Shown: positions 34,284 through 48,487, counted from the stretch's first letter. The stretch is DNA of 64,000 nucleotides from an uncultured Thermoleophilia bacterium (GCA_963718595.1 OY970365.1:965994-1029993), one strand, 5' to 3'. The notes: a model not told the origin generated them from the letters alone. Numbers and translations: made by a program.

Positions 34284-35665
34284 GGGGCCGCCTCCTCGGG
34301 CGGCGCGTACGGCGTGCCCTCGGGTTCGGCCAGGCCTTCGCGCCAGCGCCGAGACATCCCACGCAGGACCAGGACCGCGGTCGTCCCCAGGGCGGTGTAG
34401 ACGAGCAGGATCAGGCCGAAGGCGAACCAGATCCCGCTCGCCTCGGTGACCGCTTCCTCGGTCCGCATGTAGCCCTGCACGATCCATGGCTGCCGCCCTA
34501 CCTCGGTAACGATCCAGCCGCACCACAGGGCCAGGATCGCGCCGATGCCGGAGACCGCGACCGCCCGCAGGAACCAGGGCGTATGCGGGATGTCCCGCCG
34601 TTTCCACCAGACCCAGGCCAGCCACACGGCCAGCCCCATCAGCGCCGTCCCGACCCCGACCATGAGGTCGAAGGAGAGGTGCAGCAGCGTGTTCGCCGGC
34701 GGCTGTTCGTCCTCGGGGATGTCGTTCAGGCCGGTGACCACGGTGTCGGCGCTCCACCCGACCAGGAACGAGTCGAGGTCGGGGATCGGGATCCCGAACT
34801 TGACCCCGTCGGAGGTGCAGAAGCCGCCGACCCACTCGGTCTGGTTGGGGCCGGTCTCCTGGATGCACTCCATCGCCGCGAACTTGGCCGGCTGGTGGTC
34901 GGCGACTTCGCGGGCGGCGGTGTCGCCGACGAAGAGCTGGATCGGGGTTGCGATGCAGGCGATCGTCAGCGGGATCAGCAGACCCAGCCGGTGCAGGCGG
35001 TCGCGGCGGCCCTTCAGCATCCCCACCGCGTAGATCGAGGCGACGAGGAAGCCGGTGACCATGTAGGCGGCGAGGATCATGTGCGGGACCTCGTAGCCGA
35101 AAGCCGGGTTGAAGAGGACCTTGAGCGGCTCGGTGTCGATCACCTCGCCGGCGCCGTTGAGGGTGAAGCCCTGCGGCTGGTTCATCCAGGCGTTGGCGGC
35201 GACCACCGAGGCGGCGCCGCCGATGCCGGTGATCACCATCGGCACCCCGGACCAGAAGTGAGCCCAGCCGCCGAGCCGCCTCCAGCCGTAGATATAGATC
35301 GCGAGGAAGATCGCCTCGAGAAAGAAGAAGATGCCCTCGATCGCGAAGGCGATCCCGAAGACGGAGCCGAAGCGGTCCATGAACTCGGGCCAGAGCAGGC
35401 CGAACTCGAAACTGAGCACGGTGCCGGTGACGGCGCCGACCGCGAAGGTGACCGCCATCGCCTTCGACCAGCGCCGGGCCAGCTCCATGGCGTCGTCGTC
35501 GCCGCGCTTGAGGCCGAGGTAGTTGGCGAGCAGGATCGTCGCCGGCAGCGCCACCCCCAGACAGGAGAGGACGATGTGAAAGGCGAGCGTGAACGCCATC
35601 AGCTCGCGGGCGGCGAGCAGATTCGACTCCGACGCCGCCAGGGGGAGCGCGTCGAAGGGGATCAT
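34280..35665 (-). CDS. cydA: cytochrome bd ubiquinol oxidase subunit I
   Basis: 461 aa. FHIVLSCLGVALP..., WSKAMAVTFAVGAVTGTVLSFEFGLLWP, FAIEGIFFFLEAIFLAIYIYGW. Confidence 0.95.
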   Translation of the reverse strand: MIPFDALPLAASESNLLAARELMAFTLAFHIVLSCLGVALPATILLANYLGLKRGDDDAMELARRWSKAMAVTFAVGAVTGTVLSFEFGLLWPEFMDRFGSVFGIAFAIEGIFFFLEAIFLAIYIYGWRRLGGWAHFWSGVPMVITGIGGAASVVAANAWMNQPQGFTLNGAGEVIDTEPLKVLFNPAFGYEVPHMILAAYMVTGFLVASIYAVGMLKGRRDRLHRLGLLIPLTIACIATPIQLFVGDTAAREVADHQPAKFAAMECIQETGPNQTEWVGGFCTSDGVKFGIPIPDLDSFLVGWSADTVVTGLNDIPEDEQPPANTLLHLSFDLMVGVGTALMGLAVWLAWVWWKRRDIPHTPWFLRAVAVSGIGAILALWCGWIVTEVGRQPWIVQGYMRTEEAVTEASGIWFAFGLILLVYTALGTTAVLVLRGMSRRWREGLAEPEGTPYAPPEEAAP

Positions 35666-35674
35666 GCGCCGAGC

Positions 35675-37312
35675 CTACTCGCCGCGGCGGGCGTTGCGGT
35701 AGTGCCGGATCAGCGCGTTGGTGGAGCTGTCGTGGGCGAGCTTCGGCTCGGCGTCGGCCTCGAGCTCGGGGATGATCGCGACGGCCAGCACCTTGCCCAG
35801 CTCGACGCCCCACTGGTCGAAGGAATCGATCCCCCAGATCGCGCCCTGGGTGAAGACGCTGTGCTCGTAGAGAGCGACCAGGCTGCCGAGGGTCTCCGGG
35901 GTGAGGCGCTCGGCGAGGATCGTGTTCGAGGGCCGGTTGCCCTCCATCACCCGGTGCGGCACGACCGCCTCCGGCGTCCCCTCCGCCCGCACCTGCTCGG
36001 CCGTTTTGCCGAAGGCGAGCGCCTCGCCCTGGGCGAAGACGTTGGACATCAGCAGGTCGTGGTGGCGCCCGAGCGGATTCAGCGAGTGGGCGAAGCCGAT
36101 GAAGTCGCAGGGGATCAGCTTCGTGCCCTGGTGGATCAGCTGGTAGAAGCTGTGCTGGCCGTTGGTCCCCGGCTCGCCCCAGTAGATGGCGCCGGTCTCG
36201 TAGTCGACGTGGGTGCCGTCGAGGGTGACGTGCTTGCCGTTGGACTCCATCGTCAGCTGCTGCAGGTAGGCGGGGAAGCGGTGCAGGTACTGGTCGTAGG
36301 GGAAGACACCGCTGGTTTGGGCACCGAAGAAGTCGCCGTACCAGACCGAGAGCAGTCCCATCAGCATCGGCAGGTTGGAGCCGGTCGGAGCCGTCTGAAA
36401 GTGCTCGTCGACGGCGTGGAAGCCGGCCAGCATCTCGGCGAACTGGGCCGGGCCGATCGCCAGCATCGTCGAGAGCCCTACGCCTGAGTCCATCGAGTAG
36501 CGGCCCCCCACCCAATTCCAAAAGCCGAACATGTTGTCGGTGTCGATCCCGAACTCGGCTACGCCCTCGGCGTTGGTGGAGACGGCGACGAAGTGCTTGG
36601 CGACCGCGGCCTCGTCGCCGCCGAGCCCGGCCAGAAGCCAGTCGCGAGCCGACTTGGCGTTGGTCATCGTCTCCAGCGTCGTGAACGTCTTCGAGCAGAT
36701 CACGAACAGGGTCTGCTCGGGATCGAGATCGCGCGTGCACTCGGCGAAGTCGGTGCCGTCGACGTTGGAGACGAAGCGGAAGCTCAGCTCGCGGCGGCTG
36801 TAATGGCGCAAAGCCTCGTAGGCCATCACCGGGCCGAGGTCGGAGCCGCCGATGCCGACGTTGACGACGTTGCGGATCGGCTTACCCGTATGCCCGACCC
36901 ACTCACCGGAGCGCACCCGCTCGGCGAAGGCGCCCATGCGGTCGAGCGTCTCGTGCACCTGCTTGACGACGTCGACGCCGTCGACCACCAGCGAGCGGTT
37001 GCGCGGCATCCGCAGCGCCACGTGCAGCACGGCGCGGTCCTCGGAGACGTTGATGTGGTCGCCGCGGAACATCGCTTCGCGACGCTCGGCGACGCCGCGT
37101 TCGCGGGCCAGCTCGCCGAGCAACAGCAGCGTCTCGTCGGTGATCCGGTTCTTCGAGAAGTCGAGGCGCAGACCGGCGGCGTCGGCGACCAGGCGCTCGC
37201 CGCGCTCGGCGTCGGCGGCGAACAAATCACGAAGATGCGTGCCGCTGACGTCCTCGTAGTGAGCCTGCAGCGCCGCCCAGGCGGGCAGCTCCCGCAGCGG
37301 CGCCCCGGTCAC
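35675..37312 (-). CDS. pgi: glucose-6-phosphate isomerase
   Basis: 545 aa. [29 protein letters not shown] start overlaps the tal stop. Confidence 0.95.
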   Translation of the reverse strand: MTGAPLRELPAWAALQAHYEDVSGTHLRDLFAADAERGERLVADAAGLRLDFSKNRITDETLLLLGELARERGVAERREAMFRGDHINVSEDRAVLHVALRMPRNRSLVVDGVDVVKQVHETLDRMGAFAERVRSGEWVGHTGKPIRNVVNVGIGGSDLGPVMAYEALRHYSRRELSFRFVSNVDGTDFAECTRDLDPEQTLFVICSKTFTTLETMTNAKSARDWLLAGLGGDEAAVAKHFVAVSTNAEGVAEFGIDTDNMFGFWNWVGGRYSMDSGVGLSTMLAIGPAQFAEMLAGFHAVDEHFQTAPTGSNLPMLMGLLSVWYGDFFGAQTSGVFPYDQYLHRFPAYLQQLTMESNGKHVTLDGTHVDYETGAIYWGEPGTNGQHSFYQLIHQGTKLIPCDFIGFAHSLNPLGRHHDLLMSNVFAQGEALAFGKTAEQVRAEGTPEAVVPHRVMEGNRPSNTILAERLTPETLGSLVALYEHSVFTQGAIWGIDSFDQWGVELGKVLAVAIIPELEADAEPKLAHDSSTNALIRHYRNARRGE

Positions 37313-38408
37313 CCGGTTACGACGCCGCGCTTGGAGGCGATCGAGCCGAGCAGCTCTTCCCAGGACTTGACGAAGCTCGCCTTGCCCTCCTCCTGGAGGC
37401 GGGCCGCGAGGGCGGCGACGTCGATGCCGGCGTCGGCGAACTCCTGCAGGACCGCCTCGGCGTTGCCGCCGTCCTTGGGGAGGAGGTCGCCGACCTCACC
37501 GTGCTGGGAGAAGGCGACCAGGGTCGGCTCGGGCATCGTGTTGACCGTGAACGGCGAGGCCAGCTCTTCCACGTACATCGTGTCGGAGGCGTCGGGGTCC
37601 TTGGTCCCGGTCGAGGCCCAGAGCAGGCGCTGGGCCCGAGCGCCCTCGTTGAGCAGGCGCTGCCAGCGGTCAGACTCGAGCAGCTCGTGGTAGGCGCGGA
37701 AGGCGCGGCCGCCGATCGCGACCCCGAGCCGGTTCTTCAGCTCGGCCGGCACCGTCTCGGCGATCGCGACGTCCCAGCGGCTGATGAAGAGCGAGGCAAC
37801 CGAGCCGACGTTGGGATCGAGCCCGGCCTCGATCCGCCGTTCGACCCCCTTCATGTATGCGTCGGCGGCGCCGAGGTAGTGCTTGTCGTCGAACAGCAGG
37901 GTGACGTTGACGGGGACGCCGGCGAAGATCGTCTCCTCGATCGCCACCTGCCCGGCCTCGGTTCCTGGGATCTTGATGAAGAGGTTGTCGCGCTCGGCCT
38001 TGGCGTGCAGCGCCGCCGCCTGCGCGATCGTCGCCTCGGCGTCGTCGGCCAGCAGCGGCGAGACCTCCAGCGAGGCCCAGCCGTCGACGCGGTCGGTGCG
38101 CTCGTGGATCGGGGCGAAGAGGTTGGTGGCGTCGCGCAGGTCGGCGATCGCCAGCTCGAAGAAGATCTTCTCGTCGGCGTTGGCGCCGACGCGGTCGCTG
38201 TCGTCATCGGTGCCGCCGAGCTCGGAGATCTGCTCGTCGTAGGCGTCGCCGGCGCCGATCGCCTTGTCGAAGATCGTCGGGTTCGAGGTCAGCCCGGTGA
38301 CCGAGAGCTCGTCGATGTAGCCCTGTAGGACGCCCTCGGCGAGCATCGGCCGGGTGATGTTGTCGAGCCAGAGGCTCTGGCCCAGTTCGTGCAGTCGCTC
38401 GGTTGCCT

Positions 38409-38412
<4 letters not shown>
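37309..38412 (-). CDS. tal: transaldolase (long actinobacterial type)
   Basis: In-frame ATG (cat 38410-38412) within track ORF 37309..39435. [21 protein letters not shown]...[10 protein letters not shown]. Confidence 0.95.
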
Positions 38413-40472
<2,060 letters not shown>

Positions 40473-40503
40473 GCGGCCTCCGATCCTAGATGAAGGGCGG
40501 TTG

Positions 40504-42306
<1,803 letters not shown>

Positions 42307-42339
42307 GGGGGCGGTTATACCGGGGCGGGGGCGGCTTTG

Positions 42340-43055
42340 TTCGAGGGGGTTTGGTGAGAGGGGTTGGGGGTCTCTCGTGCTCGCTGGATTTTTCGCCCGG
42401 ACTCCCGGATAGCTCTCAAGAGCGGACAAGCGAAAAATTAACGCCGCTGTGCGCGAGAGACCCCCAACCCCTCCCCTCAGACCTCCCGAAGAGATCCGCT
42501 AGCTCCCAGGGTTCGCTCGTTTGCAGTTTGGATCGCTCCAGGGTTCGGTCCTCTGCACTTTTGGCTGGCTCCAGGGTTCGATCGTCTGCCGGGAGAGATC
42601 GAGCCGCTTCAGCTCGTGAGTTGCCGGTTAGTTCCGCATAGCGAGAACAACCGGCAACTCGTGAAGGAGGTTTTGGATGAGCCTTGGGCGGATTGGGCTC
42701 TCGGCCTTCCTCTTGAGAGAGAGATTGCGTCCCTTGTCGTCTATCTAGAGAGATTCCGTCCCTTGTCATCTCTTTGCAGAGATGCCGGACCCTGGTCGTC
42801 CCTCTCTAGGGATCCCGAACCCTGGGCGTCCCTGTCTAGAGATGTCGAACCTCGTTCGTCAGCTTCGAGATGGTCCCGGTTCGCGAGGGACGGTGGGGGT
42901 GTCCTCCGTACGAGCGGCGTCCTCATTTTTGCGCTGCAGCGGTATCTCGGACGGTGGGAGCACTCCCCAGCAAAAATCCCAGCGAAGGTAGGAGGACACC
43001 CCCACCGTCCCTCCCGGCCCGAGGGCCGGGGAGGAGCGCAGCGGCCCGAGGTTGG
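42340..43055 (+). repeat. ~715-bp non-coding composite palindromic repeat, copy 2
   Basis: Same order of modules as 1433-2119: hairpin 42358-42473, forward units at 42506/42538/42571, central hairpin 42618-42660, five reverse units (ending 42736, 42765, 42795, 42825, about 42853), hairpin 42885-43013. Confidence 0.9.
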
Positions 43056-43062
43056 CGAGACC

Positions 43063-43932
43063 CTAGCTCTCTTTGCCCCGCTGGCGCAAAAACCGCTGGA
43101 ACTCACGAGCGATCGTGTCGGCGGAGGGCAGATCCTCGCCCTCAGCGGTCAGGAGGTCGACCTGTTCGGCCTCGATCCGCGCGACCAGCTCCTCGATCTC
43201 GGGATTGGCGGCGACGGCGCGGCCGATCTGCTCCTCGTAGTCGAGCGTTTCCTCCTCCAGATCCGATGCCTCGATGGCGATGCCGGTCAGGCCCTCGAGC
43301 CGGCGCAGCAGCGCCAGCGCCGCCTTCGGGTTGGGGACCGCGGCGACGTAGTGGGGGACGGCTGCCCAGAGCGAGGCGGAGTCGATTCCGGCTTGGCGGC
43401 AGAGGTCGTGGACGACGCCGGTGATCCCGGTCGGGCCCTCGTAATTCGAGCGCTCGAGCTCGAGCTCGTCGACCAGGGACTGGCTCGAGGCGAGACCGCT
43501 GATCGGCACCGGCAGGGTGTGGGAGACCTCGGCGATCAACGCCCCGAGGGTGATCACCATCTCCACGTCGAGGGCATCGGCGGCGGTCGCGATCGTCTCC
43601 GAGAAGGTGCGCCAGCGCAGGTTCGGCTCGGTCCCGTCGAGCAGGATCAGGTCGCGGTCGGCGGTCGGGACGCGGGCGGCGAAGAGGTTGTTCTCCGGCC
43701 AATCGATGCGGCGGGTGTGGCCTTCCTCGAGGGTGATCGTCGGCCGCGTCGACTGGAAGTCGAAGAACTCCTCGGGGTCCACTTTCGCGATCAGCTCGGC
43801 GTCGAGCGAGGCCGCAATCGCCCCCAGCGCGGTCGAGGCCGAGGCCGCGGCGTCGTTCCAGCCGCGAAATGCACAGACCAGCACGGGGGAACGCAGGTGA
43901 GGTAGGTCGCCTTCCCACTTCAGTGATTCCAC
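43063..43932 (-). CDS. PAC2 (proteasome assembly chaperone 2-like) family protein
   Basis: In-frame GTG (cac 43930-43932). LVCAFRGWNDAAASASTA...LLDGTEPNLRW...NYEGPTGITGV is typical of actinobacterial PAC2 proteins. Confidence 0.8.
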   Translation of the reverse strand: MESLKWEGDLPHLRSPVLVCAFRGWNDAAASASTALGAIAASLDAELIAKVDPEEFFDFQSTRPTITLEEGHTRRIDWPENNLFAARVPTADRDLILLDGTEPNLRWRTFSETIATAADALDVEMVITLGALIAEVSHTLPVPISGLASSQSLVDELELERSNYEGPTGITGVVHDLCRQAGIDSASLWAAVPHYVAAVPNPKAALALLRRLEGLTGIAIEASDLEEETLDYEEQIGRAVAANPEIEELVARIEAEQVDLLTAEGEDLPSADTIAREFQRFLRQRGKES

Positions 43933-44333
43933 GCTCTGAGCGTAGACGATGCGGTTGGCCCGCCTATGGGGCCTGAGCGGGCTCGGCGCACTAGCTGCGC
44001 CGCCATGAAAAGCGCCAGCGCCGCGAAGGAGAGCTGCAGCGCTCGTTCGGGGAGCTCGTTGGAGAGGGCCACCCCGGCCAGCACTCCGAGCGGCGAGAGC
44101 ACGCCGATGATCAGCGCCTCGCGCAGGTTGACGTTGCCATAGCCCTTCTGGCGGATCGCGCCAACCAGGGCGACGAGCACGATCATCAACAGCGAGGTCG
44201 ACTCCGCCTCGACCTGGCCGAGGCCGATGAAGATCGTCAGCGCCGGCACGAAGAGGACGCCGCCGCCGACCCCGACGAGGCCGCCGGCGCAACCGCCGGC
44301 GATGCAGATCAGGACCGCCAGGACCTCGTTCAC
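43920..44333 (-). CDS. TauE/SafE (TSUP) family membrane protein, C-terminal-half-like
   Basis: 137 aa, 4 TM. GGCAGGLVGVGGGVLFVPAL motif. GTG start overlaps the upstream half-gene stop (GTGA). Confidence 0.7.
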   Translation of the reverse strand: MNEVLAVLICIAGGCAGGLVGVGGGVLFVPALTIFIGLGQVEAESTSLLMIVLVALVGAIRQKGYGNVNLREALIIGVLSPLGVLAGVALSNELPERALQLSFAALALFMAAQLVRRARSGPIGGPTASSTLRAWNH

Positions 44334-44716
44334 TTGAGGATCAGCTCGATAGCGATACCGACCAGCAGCAGCGCGAACAGGTAGGAGACCGCCTTCTGGG
44401 GGATGCGCTGCTGGATCGCGGTGCCGAGGACGACGCCGAGCACGGCCGGGATCGTCAGCAGCAGACCGGTGGCGACGTGGACGTTGCCGTAGAGGCCGCC
44501 CTGGAGGATGGCGCCGAGCAGCCCGATCAGGACGATCGCGGCGAGGCTGGTGCCGGTCGCCAACCGCTCCCCGTAGGCGAACCAGAAGATCAGCAGGGGC
44601 ACGATCACGGTGCCGCCGCCGACCCCGAAGAGGCCGCTGAAGAGGCCGGCGACGGTGCCGATCGCCGCCAGCTTCAGCAGGTCATCGCGGCTCAAGGCGC
44701 CGGTTGCGGTCGACAT
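44330..44716 (-). CDS. TauE/SafE (TSUP) family membrane protein, N-terminal-half-like
   Basis: 128 aa, 4 TM. GLFSGLFGVGGGTVIVPLL motif. Confidence 0.7.
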   Translation of the reverse strand: MSTATGALSRDDLLKLAAIGTVAGLFSGLFGVGGGTVIVPLLIFWFAYGERLATGTSLAAIVLIGLLGAILQGGLYGNVHVATGLLLTIPAVLGVVLGTAIQQRIPQKAVSYLFALLLVGIAIELILK

Positions 44717-45550
44717 GTGGCGATACTAGTTGCCGTGTCTCTCGAATCTGAGCAGGGTGCCGGGGCCTGGACCGCGCTCCTGGAGCCACTTCGAGCCCAC
44801 CCGGAGCAGGCGGCGATCCTGACCGACGTCGACGGGACCCTGGCGCCGATCGTCGAGCGGGCCGAGGACGCGGCGATCCTTCCCGCTGCCCGCGAGATCC
44901 TGCTCGCGCTCAGTCAGCGCTACGGCTTGGTCGGGTGCGTCTCCGGCCGCCAGGCGACAGACGCGCGCCAGCTGGTCGGGCTCGACAGCCTCGCCTACGC
45001 CGGCAACCACGGACTCGAGCTGCTGCTGCCCGGCGATACCGAGCCGCGGCCCGACCCCTCGCTGGCGGGGCGCGAGCGACAGGCGGCCGAGTTCATGGCC
45101 GGGATCGACGGGCGGCTGACCGGGTCGGGGCTGCGAAGCGAGGACAAGGGACCGATCCAGGCGCTGCACTGGCGCGGCGCCGAGGACGAGGCGGCGGCCG
45201 AGAGCCGCGCCCACGAGATTGCGAACGAGGGCGGCAAGGCCGGCCTGGAACCGCGCTGGGGGCGCAAAGTGCTGGAGCTGCGCCCGGTCGGCGGCGGCGG
45301 CAAGGACGCCGCGGTCGCCTCGCTGCTGGCGGGCGAGGGACTCGACCGCGCTGTCTATGCCGGCGACGACCGCACCGACCTCGACGCCTTCCGCCGGCTG
45401 CAGGAGCTGCGCGAGGAGGGCGAGCTGTCAGCGGCAGTACGGGTCGGCGTGCTCTCGCCGGAGGCGCCGGCCGAGATCGGCGAAGAGTCGGACCTGACCG
45501 TCGGCAGCCCCGAGGGCTGGCTGCGGATCCTCGAGTGGCTGGCGGCCTGA
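44717..45550 (+). CDS. otsB: trehalose-6-phosphate phosphatase
   Basis: HAD motifs LTDVDGTLAPI and YAGDDRTDLDAF. Start uncertain (GTG 44717 or 44735); it abuts the divergent TauE start. Confidence 0.85.
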   Translation: MAILVAVSLESEQGAGAWTALLEPLRAHPEQAAILTDVDGTLAPIVERAEDAAILPAAREILLALSQRYGLVGCVSGRQATDARQLVGLDSLAYAGNHGLELLLPGDTEPRPDPSLAGRERQAAEFMAGIDGRLTGSGLRSEDKGPIQALHWRGAEDEAAAESRAHEIANEGGKAGLEPRWGRKVLELRPVGGGGKDAAVASLLAGEGLDRAVYAGDDRTDLDAFRRLQELREEGELSAAVRVGVLSPEAPAEIGEESDLTVGSPEGWLRILEWLAA

Positions 45551-45554
45551 TCCC

Positions 45555-46073
45555 GTGCCCTACACCGACCTCCTGCGCTTGACCGTCTTCGTCACCGGCG
45601 CCGAGGCGACCGCGCTCGGCGCGATCACCGCGATCGGGGCCAGCCGCGAGGGCGACGACACGACCGTGCTCGTCGCCGCCGCCTGGTGGCTGATCGCGCT
45701 GGGGATCGGCTTCTGGCTCGGGCGGCCGGCGCGCGCCGCCGCGGATATGCGCGACCCCCTCGCCCGCGCCAAGACCGCTACCTCGCTGCCGTCGGAGACG
45801 CCGACCCGGATCGCGATCGGGCGCCTCTGGCCGATCGTCCTCACCGCCTTCATCGCCGGCGGTCTCGGCCTCTTCTTCCCCGGCGTCGCCGTGATCGGCG
45901 CCGGCTACGCCCTGATCGTCTCGCTCGCCTGGCATACCCGCGAGGGGGCGGTGCTGGCAATCGAGCAGCGCGACGGCGTCAAGTTCTACGTCGTCCCCAC
46001 CAATGCGCTGCGACCGGTCGAGCTGGTGCGGACCCCGGGCTTGCGCAGCGTCCCGCACGGCTCGGCCTACTGA
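45555..46073 (+). CDS. hypothetical membrane protein
   Basis: 172 aa, about 4 hydrophobic segments, GTG start 5 nt after the otsB stop. No family recognised. Confidence 0.55.
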   Translation: MPYTDLLRLTVFVTGAEATALGAITAIGASREGDDTTVLVAAAWWLIALGIGFWLGRPARAAADMRDPLARAKTATSLPSETPTRIAIGRLWPIVLTAFIAGGLGLFFPGVAVIGAGYALIVSLAWHTREGAVLAIEQRDGVKFYVVPTNALRPVELVRTPGLRSVPHGSAY

Positions 46074-46075
46074 CG

Positions 46076-46117
46076 CTTCCGAGTTTGGGGCCCCCATAGG
46101 GACACCAAACTCGGAAG
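46076..46117. terminator. bidirectional terminator-like hairpin CTTCCGAGTTTGG-N16-CCAAACTCGGAAG
   Basis: 13-bp perfect stem between convergent genes (45555..46073 + and polX -). Arms begin CCGAGTT and the loop carries CATAG, as in the 13089/1712/42618 hairpins. Confidence 0.65.
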
Positions 46118-46120
46118 GGC

Positions 46121-47851
46121 TCAGAGCAACGCCTTGAATTTGGTCCAGGCGACGGTGTTCGCGACGTCGGCCTTGGTCAGCCAGGCGCGGCGGGCGGTGG
46201 CGACGGCGTAGGCCATGTTGGCGAGGGTGTCGACGCCGTGGGCGTCGGTATTGAGGACGATCTTGGCGCCGGCGTCGACCGCGAGGCGGGCGTGGCGGTC
46301 GGAGAGGTCGCGACGGTTGGGGTTGCCGTTGATCTCGATCATCGTCCCGGTCCTCGCCGCCGCCTCGGCGACCGCCTCGACATCGATCCCGTAGGGCTCG
46401 CGGCGGCCGATCAGGCGGCCGGTGAGATGACCGATGCAGTCGACGTCGGGATTCTCGATCGCGGCGAGGACGCGGGCGGTCATCTCCTCGGCGGAGATCG
46501 AGAAGGACGTGTGGACGCTGGCGACGACCCAGTCGAGGGCGGCGACGAGGTCGTCGGGGTAGTCGAGGCTGCCGTCGAGGCCGATGTTGATCTCCGACCC
46601 GGCGAGCAGTCGGAAACGCCTTCCCCCGTGCCCGGTGCCCTTGTTCCAGGCCTTGATCTCCTCGATCCGCTCCCACAGGCGCTCGTCGGTGACGTGGTCG
46701 CCGAAGCCGTGGCTGGCCGAGTGATCGGTGATCGCCAGATAGGAGTAGCCGCGCTCCTGCGCCGCCGCCGCCATCTCCTCGAGCGTGTTGCGGCCATCGG
46801 AGAGGGTCGTGTGCGAGTGCAGGTCCCCCTTGATGTCGCCGAGCTCGATCAGCTTTGGCAGCTTGCCCTCGCGCGCCGCCTTCAGCTCACCGCGGCCCTC
46901 GCGCAGCTCCGGCTCGATGTAGGCGTAGCCGAGACGCTCGTAGACGCCCTGCTCGCTGTCGCAGAGGGTGACGTCGCCGCTCTCGGTCTCGGTGATCCCG
47001 TGCTCGGAGACCGAGAGGCCGCGGGAGACCGCCTCTTCGCGTAGCTGCACGTTGTGGTCCTTGGAGCCGGTGAAGTGCTGGAGCAGGTTGCCGAAGGCCG
47101 CCGGCGGCACGATCCGCAGGTCGACCGAGATCCCGTTGTGGGTCTGGGCGCGAACGCCGTTGGGGCCGGGGGTGCCGGCAGCAGCGATCAGCGGGTGCTC
47201 CACGAAGAACTCCGAGAGCGCCGCCGGCTCGTCGGCAGTGGCGATCAGGTCGATGTCCTTGCAGGTCTCGGCCCAGCGTCGGGCCGAGCCGGCGACCTCG
47301 ACCCGGTTGGCGGCGGGGTGCTCGCGCAGCGCGCTCGCCAGTTCCTCGGCGATCGGACGCACCATCGAGAGCAGCACCCGTCCGGTTCCCTCGCCGGGCT
47401 CGCCGAGCCGCTCCAGCGCCGCCAGCACGTTCTGCTCGGCCTTCGGCCCGAGGCCCTTGACCTCGCGGATCTTCTCCGCCTCCGCCGCCGCCTTGAGGTC
47501 GTCGAGCGTGCTGACTTCGAGCTCTTCGAACAGCAGCCGCGCGGTCTTCGCCCCCACACCCGGCACCCGCGTCACTTCGATCAGGGTCGGCGGGAACTTC
47601 GCCTTCAGCTTCACCGCGGCCGGAATCTCCCCCGTCGCCAGCAGCGCGTCGATCTTTTCGGCCAGCGTCTTGCCGACCCCGGGAACCTCCGTCGCCCGCC
47701 CTTTGGCGGCCAGCTCGGCGACCGAGATGGGGCTTTCGCGGATCGCCTTGGCGGCGGTCGAGTAAGCGAGCACGCGGTATTTGACCGCCCCGTCGAGCTC
47801 GTAGAGGACGCCCAGTTCCTCGAGCGCCGCGGCAATCTCTGCATTGGTCAC
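46121..47851 (-). CDS. polX: family X DNA polymerase with a C-terminal PHP domain
   Basis: 576 aa. HhH motifs VPGVGKTLAEKI and VPGVGAKTARLL; PHP motifs GDLHSHTTLSDG and ITDHS. Confidence 0.9.
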   Translation of the reverse strand: MTNAEIAAALEELGVLYELDGAVKYRVLAYSTAAKAIRESPISVAELAAKGRATEVPGVGKTLAEKIDALLATGEIPAAVKLKAKFPPTLIEVTRVPGVGAKTARLLFEELEVSTLDDLKAAAEAEKIREVKGLGPKAEQNVLAALERLGEPGEGTGRVLLSMVRPIAEELASALREHPAANRVEVAGSARRWAETCKDIDLIATADEPAALSEFFVEHPLIAAAGTPGPNGVRAQTHNGISVDLRIVPPAAFGNLLQHFTGSKDHNVQLREEAVSRGLSVSEHGITETESGDVTLCDSEQGVYERLGYAYIEPELREGRGELKAAREGKLPKLIELGDIKGDLHSHTTLSDGRNTLEEMAAAAQERGYSYLAITDHSASHGFGDHVTDERLWERIEEIKAWNKGTGHGGRRFRLLAGSEINIGLDGSLDYPDDLVAALDWVVASVHTSFSISAEEMTARVLAAIENPDVDCIGHLTGRLIGRREPYGIDVEAVAEAAARTGTMIEINGNPNRRDLSDRHARLAVDAGAKIVLNTDAHGVDTLANMAYAVATARRAWLTKADVANTVAWTKFKALL

Positions 47852-47948
47852 GCAGACAACCTAACCTGAGTTGAATCGGCCTTCGGGAAGGTCGCTATAC
47901 TTTCTGAAGTATTGAGCCAAGAACCTCGACTCGGGAGAGGGAAATCCA

Positions 47949-48275
47949 GTGACCGGAAAACTTACCGACGTATCCGACGCAACTTTCAAAGCCGACGTCC
48001 TCGACGCCGAGGGCCCCGTGCTCGTTGACTTCTGGGCCCCCTGGTGCGGCCCCTGCCGCGTCGTCCATCCGGTCCTCGAGGAGATCGACGGCGAGCGTGA
48101 CGATCTCACGATCCTCTCGATCAACGTCGACGAGAACCAGCAGACGGCGGAACAGTACGGCGTCCTCTCGATCCCGACGATGATCCTCTTCAAGCAGGGC
48201 GAGATCGCCAAGAAAGTCGTCGGCGCGATGCCCAAGCGTCGCCTCGAGGCGGAGCTGGAGCCGGCGCTCGCTTAG
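47949..48275 (+). CDS. trxA: thioredoxin
   Basis: 108 aa with the WAPWCGPCR active site. Confidence 0.95.
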   Translation: MTGKLTDVSDATFKADVLDAEGPVLVDFWAPWCGPCRVVHPVLEEIDGERDDLTILSINVDENQQTAEQYGVLSIPTMILFKQGEIAKKVVGAMPKRRLEAELEPALA

Positions 48276-48299
48276 GCGGCGCCGCTCCCTCCATTCGCG

Positions 48300-48476
48300 A
48301 TGCCGTTCGTAGAGGTCCACTGGTACGAGGGCCGCTCCGACGACCAGAAGGCCGAGATCGCCAAGCGGATCGAAGCTGCCCTGGGCGACGTCGCCGGCGT
48401 GCCCCCGGACCACTGCTGGGTGAAGTTCTCGGACTCGAAGAAAGCCGACTTCATTATTGGGGAAGCCGAGGACTGA
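48300..48476 (+). CDS. 4-oxalocrotonate tautomerase family protein (58 aa)
   Basis: Own translation (below the track cutoff): MPFVEVHWYEGRSDDQKAEIAKRIEAALGDVAGVPPDHCWVKFSDSKKADFIIGEAED. Catalytic Pro at position 2 and a beta-alpha-beta pattern typical of 4-OT. Confidence 0.75.
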   Translation: MPFVEVHWYEGRSDDQKAEIAKRIEAALGDVAGVPPDHCWVKFSDSKKADFIIGEAED

Positions 48477-48487
48477 GGGTCAGGGAC

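Noticed and set aside
33243-36740. 1165-aa ORF spanning cydB, cydA and part of pgi.
   Set aside because: Only the last 346 codons (from GTG 34283) read as CydB. Upstream, the frame runs out of frame through cydA and pgi and is Arg/Pro-rich.
47871-47901. Sigma-70-like promoter TTGAAT-N19-TATACT upstream of trxA.
   Set aside because: The hexamers are good, but the 19-nt spacer is longer than canonical and there is no other support. Left as a note rather than a feature.
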